A stretch of DNA of 64,000 bases from Candidatus Endomicrobiellum neotermitis (GTDB lineage: Bacteria; Elusimicrobiota; Endomicrobiia; Endomicrobiales; Endomicrobiaceae), in the NCBI GenBank assembly GCA_031282355.1, contig JAITDW010000003.1, positions 27,708 through 91,707 of the forward strand, in the 5' to 3' direction. Below are positions 23,071 through 33,614 of this stretch, in pieces. The notes beneath the pieces were generated by a model. The model was not told where the DNA came from. It saw only the letters and a program-made list of their open reading frames with translations, and did no database searches. Made by a program: the position numbers and the translations under genes. Position 1 is the first letter of the stretch, and every line of letters begins with the position of its first letter.

Positions 23071-23577
23071 TTATAAAATTTTCACTTTTTGATGTTTAAG
23101 TGACAACAATTTTTCATACAAAATATCCTTAATTCTATATTTTAAAACTGGATGTTTCAAACTCCAAGCTATTTCACAAAGTGGAATCAATACAAAAAGT
23201 CTATTTTGCACTTCTTTATGCGGTATCGTCAAAGAATAACTATTAACAATTTGATCTCCAAAAAATAAAATATCAACATCAATGATGCGTGGTCCCCATC
23301 TGACTGTTGTATTGATACGCCCCATAGTATTCTCAACGTATTTTACAAAAGAAAGCAATTCTTTAGGATTTAAAGTCGTTTGAACCTCAACTACAGCATT
23401 ATAAAAATATCTTTGATGCAGTCTTCCTACTGGAGATGTAATGTAAAAAGATGATACTTTTTTTATACATATAAATCCACTACTTCGAATAATTAACAAA
23501 GCTGATATGATATTATCTCTTCTATTACCTATGTTCGACCCTAAGCTTAAATACACAACAATATTTTGCTTAACCAT
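23071..23577 (-). CDS. folK: 6-hydroxymethyl-7,8-dihydropterin pyrophosphokinase
   Basis: [34 protein letters not shown]; start placed at ATG 23577. Confidence 0.93.
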   Translation of the reverse strand: MVKQNIVVYLSLGSNIGNRRDNIISALLIIRSSGFICIKKVSSFYITSPVGRLHQRYFYNAVVEVQTTLNPKELLSFVKYVENTMGRINTTVRWGPRIIDVDILFFGDQIVNSYSLTIPHKEVQNRLFVLIPLCEIAWSLKHPVLKYRIKDILYEKLLSLKHQKVKIL

Positions 23578-23749
23578 ATTCAAAACTCTTTCCTTTAAAG
23601 TGTGATAACAACGCGTGTTTAGAGAGTGCAAAAACATTTTACATTAAATAACAAAAACTTAAAAATATTTTTTGAATTAGCATATGCGAAAAAATTTTCT
23701 ACAAATTTTCATTTTGATTTATTTAACAAATGTTTGTAGAATAAGCTTT

Positions 23750-24235
23750 ATGAAATTATGTAAATCTATCAGTAGAAACAAAAATAATGCGTATAAAATT
23801 TTTATATCAAAACAAAACGAGTTACAAGCAAAAAAATTTGCTCGTGTACCTTTTAATAAACGTATTGTGGTTGTTCCACATTGTATGAGAAATACTTTAA
23901 CTTGTATTGCTATTGAAAATAAAGGTTACTGTACGTGTAAAGAATGTGGTGGATGCAAAATTGGAGAAATAAGTAAGCTTACAAAAAAATTGAATTATAG
24001 TGCTTTGTATGTTTTAAAAGGTGGAAGAATAATTGAAAATATTATAAGAGAACAAAAACCACAAGCTGTAGTTGGTATCGCCTGTTTTTTTGAGGGTAAA
24101 CAAGGCTTTAAACTATTGAGGAATAAGAACCTTACAGTTCAATTCATACCTCTTAGTAAAGATGGCTGTACAGCCACGGACATAGATCTACAAGAAGTCA
24201 AAATTATATTAGAAAGAATTGATAGTACAAAATAA
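23750..24235 (+). CDS. DUF116-family cysteine-rich protein
   Basis: PHCMR..C...CxCxxCGGCxI, KGG, P.AVVGIAC, GC...D pattern; start uncertain (23684 or 23750). Confidence 0.7.
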   Translation: MKLCKSISRNKNNAYKIFISKQNELQAKKFARVPFNKRIVVVPHCMRNTLTCIAIENKGYCTCKECGGCKIGEISKLTKKLNYSALYVLKGGRIIENIIREQKPQAVVGIACFFEGKQGFKLLRNKNLTVQFIPLSKDGCTATDIDLQEVKIILERIDSTK

Positions 24236-24447
24236 TGTTTAACAAAGATTATAAACAGAGTAGTCAATGCTAAAAGCTAAAAATTCATGAAAAAGAGCAT
24301 ATGTGAATTTCATCGTTGATTAGCACTAGTCTGTATTTTCTATAGTTTTATTCGATATAATGTTAAAAAATGGTTGTAAGAGATATCATGTTAGTATTAC
24401 ATAAACTATTTTAAAAGTATGCCGTAATTAATGGAGGTTAAAAAAAT

Positions 24448-24945
24448 ATGTCTGAAAAGTTTTCATTTGATATTGTTTCTGAAGTAAATATAATGGAAAT
24501 AGACAATGCCGTTAATCAGGCGCGCAAAGAGCTTTTAAACAGATTTGATTTTAAGGGTAGTAAATCTTCAATAGAATTGAATAAAAGTGAAAAAAAAATA
24601 ATTTTGACCGCAGATAACGAACATAAAATGAAAGCCTTGAGAGATATCCTTGAAGGACGTTTAATAAAAAGATCTATTTCAATAAAGTCATTTAATTATA
24701 AAACACAAGAAAAAGCTTTTGATGGATGTGTAAGACAAATAATAGAAATTATTTCGGAGCTTCCTTCAGATAAAATAAGAGAATTAATAAAAATTGTAAA
24801 AAACTCAAAAATAAAAGTCCAGAGTCAAATAGATGGCTCAAAGATAAGAGTTATTTCAGATAAAAAGGACAGTCTACAAAAAGTGATATCTTATTTAAAG
24901 CAGATATCTTTTTCATTACCATTACAATTCACTAACTATAGATGA
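24448..24945 (+). CDS. yajQ: YajQ-family nucleotide-binding protein
   Basis: SFDIVSEV, NAVNQA.KE..NRFDFKGS, LQFTNYR; GGAGG RBS. Confidence 0.93.
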   Translation: MSEKFSFDIVSEVNIMEIDNAVNQARKELLNRFDFKGSKSSIELNKSEKKIILTADNEHKMKALRDILEGRLIKRSISIKSFNYKTQEKAFDGCVRQIIEIISELPSDKIRELIKIVKNSKIKVQSQIDGSKIRVISDKKDSLQKVISYLKQISFSLPLQFTNYR

Positions 24946-25086
24946 AAGATATTTGTACAAGTTTATGTTAAACTTAAAATAGTTTTAAAACAATAAGATG
25001 AGTATTTTTTTTGATGTGTCGTAAAATAAAAGAAGATAAATGTCTATTTGTGTATCCGTATATTGTAGAAAATCACAGGAAAAATA

Positions 25087-26514
25087 GTGAAAGTAATTAT
25101 GAAAATTTTAAAATTATTATTTACGTGGATATTCATCTTTATGTCAATTTTAATTGTTAGATGTGATGTGTTAACAATAGATAAGTATATGGATGAAGTA
25201 TTAAAGAATAATAATAATCTAAAATCTATACACTCAAAAATTGAGTCTTTGAAAGTGAACCTCGCTGAAAAGGAAAGAATATACTCATATTATTTAACTA
25301 CAGAAATGGATTGCAGCGAAGATTTTAGTAGAAAACATAGTTATAACCCAAGTAGTGTGTCTGATAAAGTTCAAAAAATTAATTTTTCAACAAACATTAA
25401 TAGACAATTTCCAGCAACAGGTACAAAATTTACTTTAGGTATAAGAAATTGTAATTTTATAGGAAGCAGTAACAATAATAGTAGTCTTAGTAGCATAGGT
25501 TATTCTATTGAACTGGAACAATCATTATTTAAAAATATAGTTGGAATTTATACAAAAACAGAAATAGAAAAAATAAAAGCAAATTTAAAGTCAGATTTAT
25601 ATAAATTAGAATATGAAAAACAAAATATTTTACTTAAAGCAAGATTTACATATTGGGATCTATCTTATTTAAGAACAGTTATAAATTTTAAAAGGCTATC
25701 TTTAAATAGAACAAGAAAAATTTTAGAATGGAATCAAAAAAAATATAGTATGGATCTAGTTGAGAAATCAGATTTACTTCAAGCACAATTAGCTTTAAAA
25801 AGCAAAGAGTTAAGCTTGCAACTACTTTGTGAAGAAGAACAAAAAATAAAAAGACAATTCAACCAGTTTTTAAACATTTCTAGTCCACAAATAGATTATG
25901 AAATTGAAAAATTCAAAAGTAAAAATGATATTTTAAAAGACTTGCCGGTACCCAATAAAAAAAATACGAGATATGATGTGCTTTCAGCTTTAGAATGTGT
26001 TAAAACAGCTTTTTATGAAAAAAAACTTGCACGAAAAAGAATGGGTGCTGATTTGGTGCTGAAAGGACAATATAAATTTATCAGTAATAAACGAAGTGTA
26101 AGTAAAGCTTTTAAGAGTATAAATAGAGATTCTTGCTTTTTAGAGCTAAGATATCTGTTGCCGCTTGATTTCAAACTTAGAAAAAGTATAGAGTATAATT
26201 ATGGACTAGTAGAAGTAGCATTAGAAAAATTTGCTGAATACACAATGATTCAGGAAAATAATGATTGGGTTCAACTTGTAAGTGATTTTGAAAATTCAAA
26301 AAAAAGATTTGGTATTTTAATTGAAGTTGAGAAAATTCAACGACAAAAATACGAAGAAGATAAAAATCTATTTATCAGGGGCAGAATTACTACAACTCAA
26401 ATTTTACAAGGAGAACAAACATTGGATGATGTAGAACTTGACATTTTAAAAAATATTTTAGAACTTATCAAAGTATGTGAACAGGTGAATATTATCTATG
26501 GAAACAGCAGGTAG
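25087..26514 (+). CDS. TolC-family outer membrane efflux protein
   Basis: N-terminal signal-like segment, LEQSLFKN, YWDL, DLLQAQ, GRITT..IL..EQ; directly upstream of an RND pump. Confidence 0.75.
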   Translation: MKVIMKILKLLFTWIFIFMSILIVRCDVLTIDKYMDEVLKNNNNLKSIHSKIESLKVNLAEKERIYSYYLTTEMDCSEDFSRKHSYNPSSVSDKVQKINFSTNINRQFPATGTKFTLGIRNCNFIGSSNNNSSLSSIGYSIELEQSLFKNIVGIYTKTEIEKIKANLKSDLYKLEYEKQNILLKARFTYWDLSYLRTVINFKRLSLNRTRKILEWNQKKYSMDLVEKSDLLQAQLALKSKELSLQLLCEEEQKIKRQFNQFLNISSPQIDYEIEKFKSKNDILKDLPVPNKKNTRYDVLSALECVKTAFYEKKLARKRMGADLVLKGQYKFISNKRSVSKAFKSINRDSCFLELRYLLPLDFKLRKSIEYNYGLVEVALEKFAEYTMIQENNDWVQLVSDFENSKKRFGILIEVEKIQRQKYEEDKNLFIRGRITTTQILQGEQTLDDVELDILKNILELIKVCEQVNIIYGNSR

Positions 26515-26527
26515 TTTCCGGTTTTTT
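26500..26527 (+). terminator. terminator-like hairpin overlapping the tolC-like stop codon
   Basis: GGAAAC-AGCAGGTA-GTTTCC-GG-TTTTTT. Confidence 0.4.
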
Positions 26528-26630
26528 ATTTTGTAGAACATTGAGATGTTCTCAGTTCAATTAACAATTTGAAGTAATAATTATGCAGTAAAGTTAAAAT
26601 AATTTTTCAAAGGAATTAAATAAAAGTAAT

Positions 26631-29600
26631 ATGGCATTAGCAAAATTAGTAATTAAACGTCCTACGTTCGTTATAATGTTATTGATAACTATGTTTATTT
26701 GTGGAATTATTTCTTTAAATAAACTTAGTGTTAGAATGTTACCAGATATTGAACTTCCATATGTATTTGTCATGACTACCTATCCAGGTGCTGGGGTCAA
26801 TGAAATAGAACAACTTATCACAAAACCAATGGAAGATGCTATAAGTGGGATTTCAGAGCTTAAGCATGTTATGTCTTTAAATCAGGATAATGTATCAATA
26901 GTATATGGAGAATTTGAACTTTCAAAAAACCCTGATATTGCAGCGCAAGAAATTAAAGATAAAATAGGAATGATTAAAGAAAAACTTCCAGAAGGTGCAA
27001 AAGATCCAATTGTTATAAAAGCTGACATCAACAGTATGCCACTTATTACTCTAAGTTTAGGATCCAATGATATGAATTCTAAAGAGCTATATGATTTTGC
27101 AAATGATATAGTTTCTAAGGATTTAGCACAAGTTTCTGGTGTTTCACAAGTAAATGTTATAGGAGGTACTATAAGAGAAATACATGTTAATGTAGATAAA
27201 GAGAAACTTAAAAAATATGAACTTACTCTTACGACAATTGCCAATAAAATTAAATTGAATACTCTAAACATTCCTGCTGGTAAAATTAATAAAGGTTCAC
27301 AAGAGATATCATTTAGAACCATAGGTGAATTTAAATCTGTAAAACAAATAAACGATGTTGTTTTAAGTTTTATTGGAAATGATCATTCCATTACTGTAAA
27401 AGATATAGCGGAAGTTGAAGACAGTGTTATGGATGAGGTTTCAAGAGCAAGGATTGATACAAAAAAAAGTGATAAAATAACTTATCAGCCATCAGTTTTA
27501 TTACAAGTTTACAAACAGGCAAAGGGTAATGATGTAGCTATTTCAGATAAAATAAAGAAAAAGGTTACACAACTAAACAAAAATTATGAAAAACATAAAA
27601 ATAAGCCTAGACTTACTGAAATTTCAGACTCATCACGAGGAGCAAGAGTTAATATTAAAGATGTAAAATCTACAATATTTGAAGGTATTATACTAGCTAC
27701 TGTAGTCGTATATCTTTTTTTAGGAAGTTGGCGCTCAACTTTTATCACAGTTTTAGCTTTACCGAGTAGTCTAATTGGGTCTTTTATTTTTATGCATATT
27801 TTTGGATTTAGCTTAAATGTTATTTCATTGATGTCGTTATCCATTGCAGTAGGACTTTTAATAGATGATGCCATTGTAGTGCGCGAAAATATTTTTAGGC
27901 ATTATGAAAATGGTGAGAATCCTATAAAAGCAGCAGTTCATGGTACAAATGAAATTATGCTTGCAGTTATAGCTACTACAGGTAGCGTTATAGCAGTATT
28001 TTTACCAGTTGCTTTTTTAAATGGAGTTATGGGACAATTTTTTAAAGAATTTGGATTAACTGTGGTTTTTGCAATTTCCATATCTGTCATAGATGCCCTA
28101 ACAATAGCTCCAATGCTTTCTGCTTATATTATACCTGAACATAACAAAAAAAATATTTCCAAAAAATATGAAACATGCCGGATATTGGTATATGCGGTAA
28201 CTATTTTAAAACTTGTAACTACTGGATGGTTTAATCCTATTATCAATTTTATTGAAAAATCATATAGAAAATTACTCTCTTTTGTGATCAACAGAAATTT
28301 TATAAGTATCAGAACTAAAAAAAAGAAAAGTTTTATTATAACTTGGAAATTTATAATATTAATTACTGCTGTATTAATATTCTTGATAGCAATTCTTATA
28401 TCTGTAAAATATATTAAAAGGACATATATCCCTACTTCAGAATGGGGAGAATTTAATATCAAAGTTAGAGCTAAATCTGGAACTTCTTTAGATGAAATGG
28501 ATAAATACTCAAAACAAGTAGAAGAAATAATTATGAGTAATCCAAATATAGAATTCGTTTCTTCAATAATAGGTTCTGGAAATATGATCACACATCTTTC
28601 TAACGAAACAAACATGTATGTAAAAATGATTTCAAATACTAATAGAGGTGGTATATTATCTAAGATTATTGGAAAAATTTTTAACAAAAAAGTAAATAAC
28701 CTTAATTTTGCTAGAAATATACATACAACTTCCGAAATGAAAGATTATTTAAGAGAAATTTTAAAAAATAAATTTAGAGATAAACTTGAATTTTCTGTTA
28801 TTAGTCACAGACCAAATGGTGATGATAATAGTGAATTTGTTTTAGAACTTTCAGGTGATGATATAAACATTTTGTATAATACTGCTGAGTATTTAATGAA
28901 AAAATTTAAATCGATTCCGTATTTTGTTGATATACACTCAAATCATATGCCAGGTAAGCCCGAAATACAGCTAAAACCAGATTTTAAAAAAATGGAAAAT
29001 TTTGGTATTACTTCATCTACAATAGGAAATGAAGTAAGAGCAATGATCAACGGTATTGTAGCTGGACAGTATAGGGAAAAAAACCTTGAATATGATATAA
29101 GAGTTAAACTACATGATAATCAAAAAGATATAGTAAAAACGTTTGATAAAACATACGTAAATAATATTAATAATAAACTCGTAAGACTTAAAAATATTAT
29201 GACTATAAATAAAGATTTTGCTCCTACACAAATATATAGAAAAGATAGATCTCGTTATATTACTATCGAAGGGAATGTTGCTAACGGTGGCACAATAGAC
29301 AGAATTCAAAAAGAAGTATTAAAAATTTTAAACGATGAAAAAATTGCACATAAAAATTCAAAAAATTGGAGAAATATAAATTTTAAATTTTCTGGAGATT
29401 CTGCAGAAATGACAGATATGTTCAAAAATATTATTATAGCAGGAATTTTCTCGATAGTATTTATTTTTATGATTCTCGCTAGTTTGTATGAATCCATTAT
29501 AACTCCTTTTACAATTATGACAGCACTTCCACTTGCAATTATAGGTGCCGTTGCAGCTTTATTGATTTCACATCAATCTATTGATATGTTTACAATGATA

Positions 29601-29993
29601 GGTATGATAATGCTACTTGGAATAGTAGCTAAAAACTCAATTCTTTTGGTTGATTGTATCCAACAACAAATGCGTAATGGATTAAGCATAAATGATTCTA
29701 TACTAAAAGCCTGTAGCATGAGGCTGCGTCCTATACTTATGACATCTATTGCTATTATTGCTGGAATGTTGCCGACTGCCATAGGATTAAGTGAAGTTGG
29801 AAAATTTAGAAAAGGTATGGGAATTGTTGTAATAGGCGGTATGATAAGTTCTACATTCCTTACACTAATAGTTATTCCTGCAGTATTTGAATATATGGAT
29901 AAATGCAGACATTTTTTACGTAAAATCACAAAGAGACCTAACAAAAGAATAATTGATTATACAGAAGATCAGCTTAAAGAAATAGATCTATAA
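26631..29993 (+). CDS. RND efflux transporter permease (AcrB/AcrD/AcrF family)
   Basis: IKRP, GLLIDDAIVVRENI proton relay, VAKNSILLVD, RLRPILMT; 12-TM architecture. Confidence 0.95.
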   Translation: MALAKLVIKRPTFVIMLLITMFICGIISLNKLSVRMLPDIELPYVFVMTTYPGAGVNEIEQLITKPMEDAISGISELKHVMSLNQDNVSIVYGEFELSKNPDIAAQEIKDKIGMIKEKLPEGAKDPIVIKADINSMPLITLSLGSNDMNSKELYDFANDIVSKDLAQVSGVSQVNVIGGTIREIHVNVDKEKLKKYELTLTTIANKIKLNTLNIPAGKINKGSQEISFRTIGEFKSVKQINDVVLSFIGNDHSITVKDIAEVEDSVMDEVSRARIDTKKSDKITYQPSVLLQVYKQAKGNDVAISDKIKKKVTQLNKNYEKHKNKPRLTEISDSSRGARVNIKDVKSTIFEGIILATVVVYLFLGSWRSTFITVLALPSSLIGSFIFMHIFGFSLNVISLMSLSIAVGLLIDDAIVVRENIFRHYENGENPIKAAVHGTNEIMLAVIATTGSVIAVFLPVAFLNGVMGQFFKEFGLTVVFAISISVIDALTIAPMLSAYIIPEHNKKNISKKYETCRILVYAVTILKLVTTGWFNPIINFIEKSYRKLLSFVINRNFISIRTKKKKSFIITWKFIILITAVLIFLIAILISVKYIKRTYIPTSEWGEFNIKVRAKSGTSLDEMDKYSKQVEEIIMSNPNIEFVSSIIGSGNMITHLSNETNMYVKMISNTNRGGILSKIIGKIFNKKVNNLNFARNIHTTSEMKDYLREILKNKFRDKLEFSVISHRPNGDDNSEFVLELSGDDINILYNTAEYLMKKFKSIPYFVDIHSNHMPGKPEIQLKPDFKKMENFGITSSTIGNEVRAMINGIVAGQYREKNLEYDIRVKLHDNQKDIVKTFDKTYVNNINNKLVRLKNIMTINKDFAPTQIYRKDRSRYITIEGNVANGGTIDRIQKEVLKILNDEKIAHKNSKNWRNINFKFSGDSAEMTDMFKNIIIAGIFSIVFIFMILASLYESIITPFTIMTALPLAIIGAVAALLISHQSIDMFTMIGMIMLLGIVAKNSILLVDCIQQQMRNGLSINDSILKACSMRLRPILMTSIAIIAGMLPTAIGLSEVGKFRKGMGIVVIGGMISSTFLTLIVIPAVFEYMDKCRHFLRKITKRPNKRIIDYTEDQLKEIDL

Positions 29994-30073
29994 AAAATTT
30001 TAGTTGTTTATCTATAAAAATCCTCATAATATTATTCTGTCAATTTTTTTATAAAGTCTTTATTAACAAAACA

Positions 30074-31846
30074 TTACTGAAATTTATACAAATTTGCGTA
30101 GTGTTTATTTAAGGCTAAAAGTTCCTTATGAGTACCCGATTCAACTACATTACCTGATTCGAATACATATATTCTATCAGCATTCATTATTGTAGACAAT
30201 TTATGTGCTATAACTATTGAAGTTCTTCCTTTCATAAGTTTTTCAATTCCTTCCTGTACCATTTTTTCAGATTTAGAATCGAGCGAACTTGTTGCTTCAT
30301 CAAGTAAAAGTATTGGAGCATTCTTTAACATCGCTCTTGCAATAGATATAATTTGTCTTTGACCACCTGATAAATTACTACCCATTTCCCCAACAACAGT
30401 ATCATATCCATGATCTTTACTCATTATAAAATTTTGAGCTGCAACACTTTTTGCTGCTTCTATAGCTTCATTATCTGTTGCTTCAAATTTACCCATCAAA
30501 ATATTCTTTTTTATTGTATCATCAAAAAGAACTACATCTTGCGATACTAAAGCTATATTCTCTCTTAAAGATTTTATTGTAATGTTTCTAATGTCTTCAC
30601 CATCAATTTTTATATTTCCATCAATAACATCATAAAATCTTAAAATCAAATTAAACAAAGTAGATTTCCCTGATCCAGTGGATCCAACTATTGCAATTTT
30701 TTCATTTTGATGTACTTCCATGCTAACACCATGTAAGATTTCAACTCCAGGAACGTATCCAAATCTAACATTTTTTATATTTATGACACCATGTTTTAAA
30801 TTAAGCTTTTTTGCTGTTGATCTGTTTATTATTTTAGGGTTCTTATCCATTATTTTGAAAATACGTTCAATAGCTACTAACCCCATCTGAACACGCATAT
30901 TTAAACTTGCTAAAGATTTCATAGGTTGATATGCCATAAGTATGGCAACAAAAAAAACAACAAAATCACCAGTTGTAAGATAACCACGTATAATTCTATA
31001 TCCACCATATGATATAGTTCCTGCTAACGCTATTCCACCTAAAAACTCCATTAATGGACTTACAATAATTTTATTTCTTGCAATTTTTATTTGAATATCT
31101 GCTATATTATTAGCACTTTCTTTTACTTTTTTATATTCAATCTCTTCCATGTTATATGATTTAATAATTTTAATACCATGAAATGACTGTGCTAAAATGG
31201 AGTTTAAGTATCCAAAATATATCTGTTGCTTTAAAAAAATTTTTTTTATTTTTTTACCAAAATATACTACAGGATAAAAACTTAGAGGAAACAATAGAAA
31301 CATGACTATAGCCATATCAAAACTTTTATAAAACATAAGAATAATCAAAAAAATCACAGAAAGGCTCTCTTTAACAAGTGCTGTGACACCATTAGATATA
31401 GCGTCTCTTATTGTATTTAAATCACCCGTGAAATGCACTAAAAGATCTCCAGAATTATTTTCGCTAAAAAATTCTAAATCTTGCATTATAATCTTATCAT
31501 ACAAGTCACCCTGCATCTTTTTTGTAAAATTTACTCCTAATTTTGCCATACAAATCGCCTGCATATAATAAGCAATACCTCTTGCGGCAAAAACAAACGC
31601 AATCTGAATTGCATTAAAAAAAAGCGTCTCTTTATGTTTATCTATGAACACCTCATCAAAAATAGGCTTAAGTAAGTTTACAGACAAAGCATTAAGAGCA
31701 GCGAATAATACCATAAAAACCATTGAAACAGTTAAAAGTTTCCATTGTGATGAAACATAACGATTCCACAACCGCTTCATGTTCATTAAAGCTACTGGAC
31801 TTAAAATACCTAAGAATTTCCAATTTATTTTTAAAATATTACTCAT
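30074..31846 (-). CDS. MsbA-like ABC exporter (TMD plus NBD)
   Basis: six TM segments, GSTGSGKS Walker A, LSGGQRQ, LLDEATS, AHK. Confidence 0.88.
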   Translation of the reverse strand: MSNILKINWKFLGILSPVALMNMKRLWNRYVSSQWKLLTVSMVFMVLFAALNALSVNLLKPIFDEVFIDKHKETLFFNAIQIAFVFAARGIAYYMQAICMAKLGVNFTKKMQGDLYDKIIMQDLEFFSENNSGDLLVHFTGDLNTIRDAISNGVTALVKESLSVIFLIILMFYKSFDMAIVMFLLFPLSFYPVVYFGKKIKKIFLKQQIYFGYLNSILAQSFHGIKIIKSYNMEEIEYKKVKESANNIADIQIKIARNKIIVSPLMEFLGGIALAGTISYGGYRIIRGYLTTGDFVVFFVAILMAYQPMKSLASLNMRVQMGLVAIERIFKIMDKNPKIINRSTAKKLNLKHGVINIKNVRFGYVPGVEILHGVSMEVHQNEKIAIVGSTGSGKSTLFNLILRFYDVIDGNIKIDGEDIRNITIKSLRENIALVSQDVVLFDDTIKKNILMGKFEATDNEAIEAAKSVAAQNFIMSKDHGYDTVVGEMGSNLSGGQRQIISIARAMLKNAPILLLDEATSSLDSKSEKMVQEGIEKLMKGRTSIVIAHKLSTIMNADRIYVFESGNVVESGTHKELLALNKHYANLYKFQ

Positions 31847-31898
31847 TCAATCACCTATAAAAACGATATTTATATTTCATAAAAAATAATTTCTATTT

Positions 31899-33293
31899 TC
31901 AATTATCAACAATTTCCATATCTATAACACGCATTTTTTTCCATTTATTCGATCTATATCTGAAATAGAAACTAAATGCAAGAGTAATAACATAAAGTAA
32001 TATAAACCACCATGCTACATATATTCCAAGTTTAAAGACTACTACAATAAGATACATTGGTATTATTATAAAAAATATAGAGAAACCTGTCAGTATTTTC
32101 ATAACAAATACCGTATCACCCGCACCTTTAATAACCGAAGAATAAATTATATTTATAATGTCAAAAATTTCATAAATTGCTAAAATTCTTAAAAGATTCA
32201 CAGCCATAGGTTTAGCTTGTTCAATTGACATCCGCGTCCCTGAAAAAGGATAAATAAGCTGATTAGGTAAAAAAATTAGTGTAAAAACGACAAATAAAGC
32301 ATACACATATAGTATGTGCGAAACAGACTTAACACTTATTTGTGCAATAGATGCCTTATTTTTACCTAAATAATTACCAACAATTATTGATGTTGCCAAA
32401 CCACACCCAATAAGAGGTACAGTGATTAAATTATTAATGTTTGCTACTATGTTACTCGCTGTGAGCTCTTCAATACCGATCCTTCCAATAATAAGCATAA
32501 AAATACTAAAACCCGTCATGTCAAAAAAAAATTGTATACCATTTGGAATAGCATATTTTAAGAATTTTTTAATAAAAATAAGATCTGGCATAAATTGCCT
32601 AGTATTATAAGTAATACTATTTTTTTTTGATGGAATCGTAAAAATATAAATAACAAGCATGATAACAGATGCAATATTATTTGCTAGAGCAGCTCCTTTA
32701 ATCCCCATCTCATGAAACCCAAAATGCCCAAAAATTAAACAGAAATCTAAAATAATATTTATAATAACTCCATAAACCCATACAAAAAGAACTACCTTTG
32801 TTTTACCTCTTCCTGTATAAAAACCAGATAATGCAGCAACAGCAATAGTTGGGAATGCCCCGTAGCATAATGTTTTAAAAAAGTTGACTTCTTCAATAGC
32901 AACACTGTATGGATGTCCCAGATTCATAAAGAAATACTTTGAAAAAAACGATAAAACAAGAATTATAATTGCTGAAATAAACGATAAATAAACACTTTGC
33001 CAAACGGCTGGTCCTATTGACCTATATTCTTTCTTACCGTAATATTGTGCTACAAAAATATCTACATAAGCAAGAGAGCCAATGAAAAAACTCATAATTG
33101 CCCACTGAGCCATACCTGCAGGCGATGCTGCAGCAAAAGCCTCCTTAGAATACCAAGAAAGAAAAATTCTATTAATAAACAACTGAACAGCATCAACACC
33201 TGTAGAAATTATAAGCGGAAAAGCTACCTTCAAAAATTCTAGATAACCTCCCCTAATACTATATTGCTTTTTGATGCTACAAAAAATATTCAT
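31899..33293 (-). CDS. MATE-family transporter
   Basis: about 12 TM, VAQYYG, NIILDFCLIFG..G..MGIKGAA, KGAGDT. Confidence 0.9.
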   Translation of the reverse strand: MNIFCSIKKQYSIRGGYLEFLKVAFPLIISTGVDAVQLFINRIFLSWYSKEAFAAASPAGMAQWAIMSFFIGSLAYVDIFVAQYYGKKEYRSIGPAVWQSVYLSFISAIIILVLSFFSKYFFMNLGHPYSVAIEEVNFFKTLCYGAFPTIAVAALSGFYTGRGKTKVVLFVWVYGVIINIILDFCLIFGHFGFHEMGIKGAALANNIASVIMLVIYIFTIPSKKNSITYNTRQFMPDLIFIKKFLKYAIPNGIQFFFDMTGFSIFMLIIGRIGIEELTASNIVANINNLITVPLIGCGLATSIIVGNYLGKNKASIAQISVKSVSHILYVYALFVVFTLIFLPNQLIYPFSGTRMSIEQAKPMAVNLLRILAIYEIFDIINIIYSSVIKGAGDTVFVMKILTGFSIFFIIIPMYLIVVVFKLGIYVAWWFILLYVITLAFSFYFRYRSNKWKKMRVIDMEIVDN

Positions 33294-33614
33294 TAATAAA
33301 GCCTATATATAACAACATAAGCACATACTCTTATCTTTATAATATTGAACACTTACACTTAAATTTAACAACTATAATTGAGATTACATTGAACATCTAA
33401 AAAAACAACTGATACCTTTTATAACTAAAACTTACAATTTTCTATAAGGAATGATGAGTTTTATGTTATCAAAATTGATATTTTTATGCAAAAAAAGATC
33501 TCAAATTTATAATTTTTACTAATTTATTATGTATTATTCTTAAGGTAAGTTTTTAAGTTTTCTTTGATGTTATTATTTCAGTAGTATTTTTATAAAAATT
33601 TTTACTAAAATATC

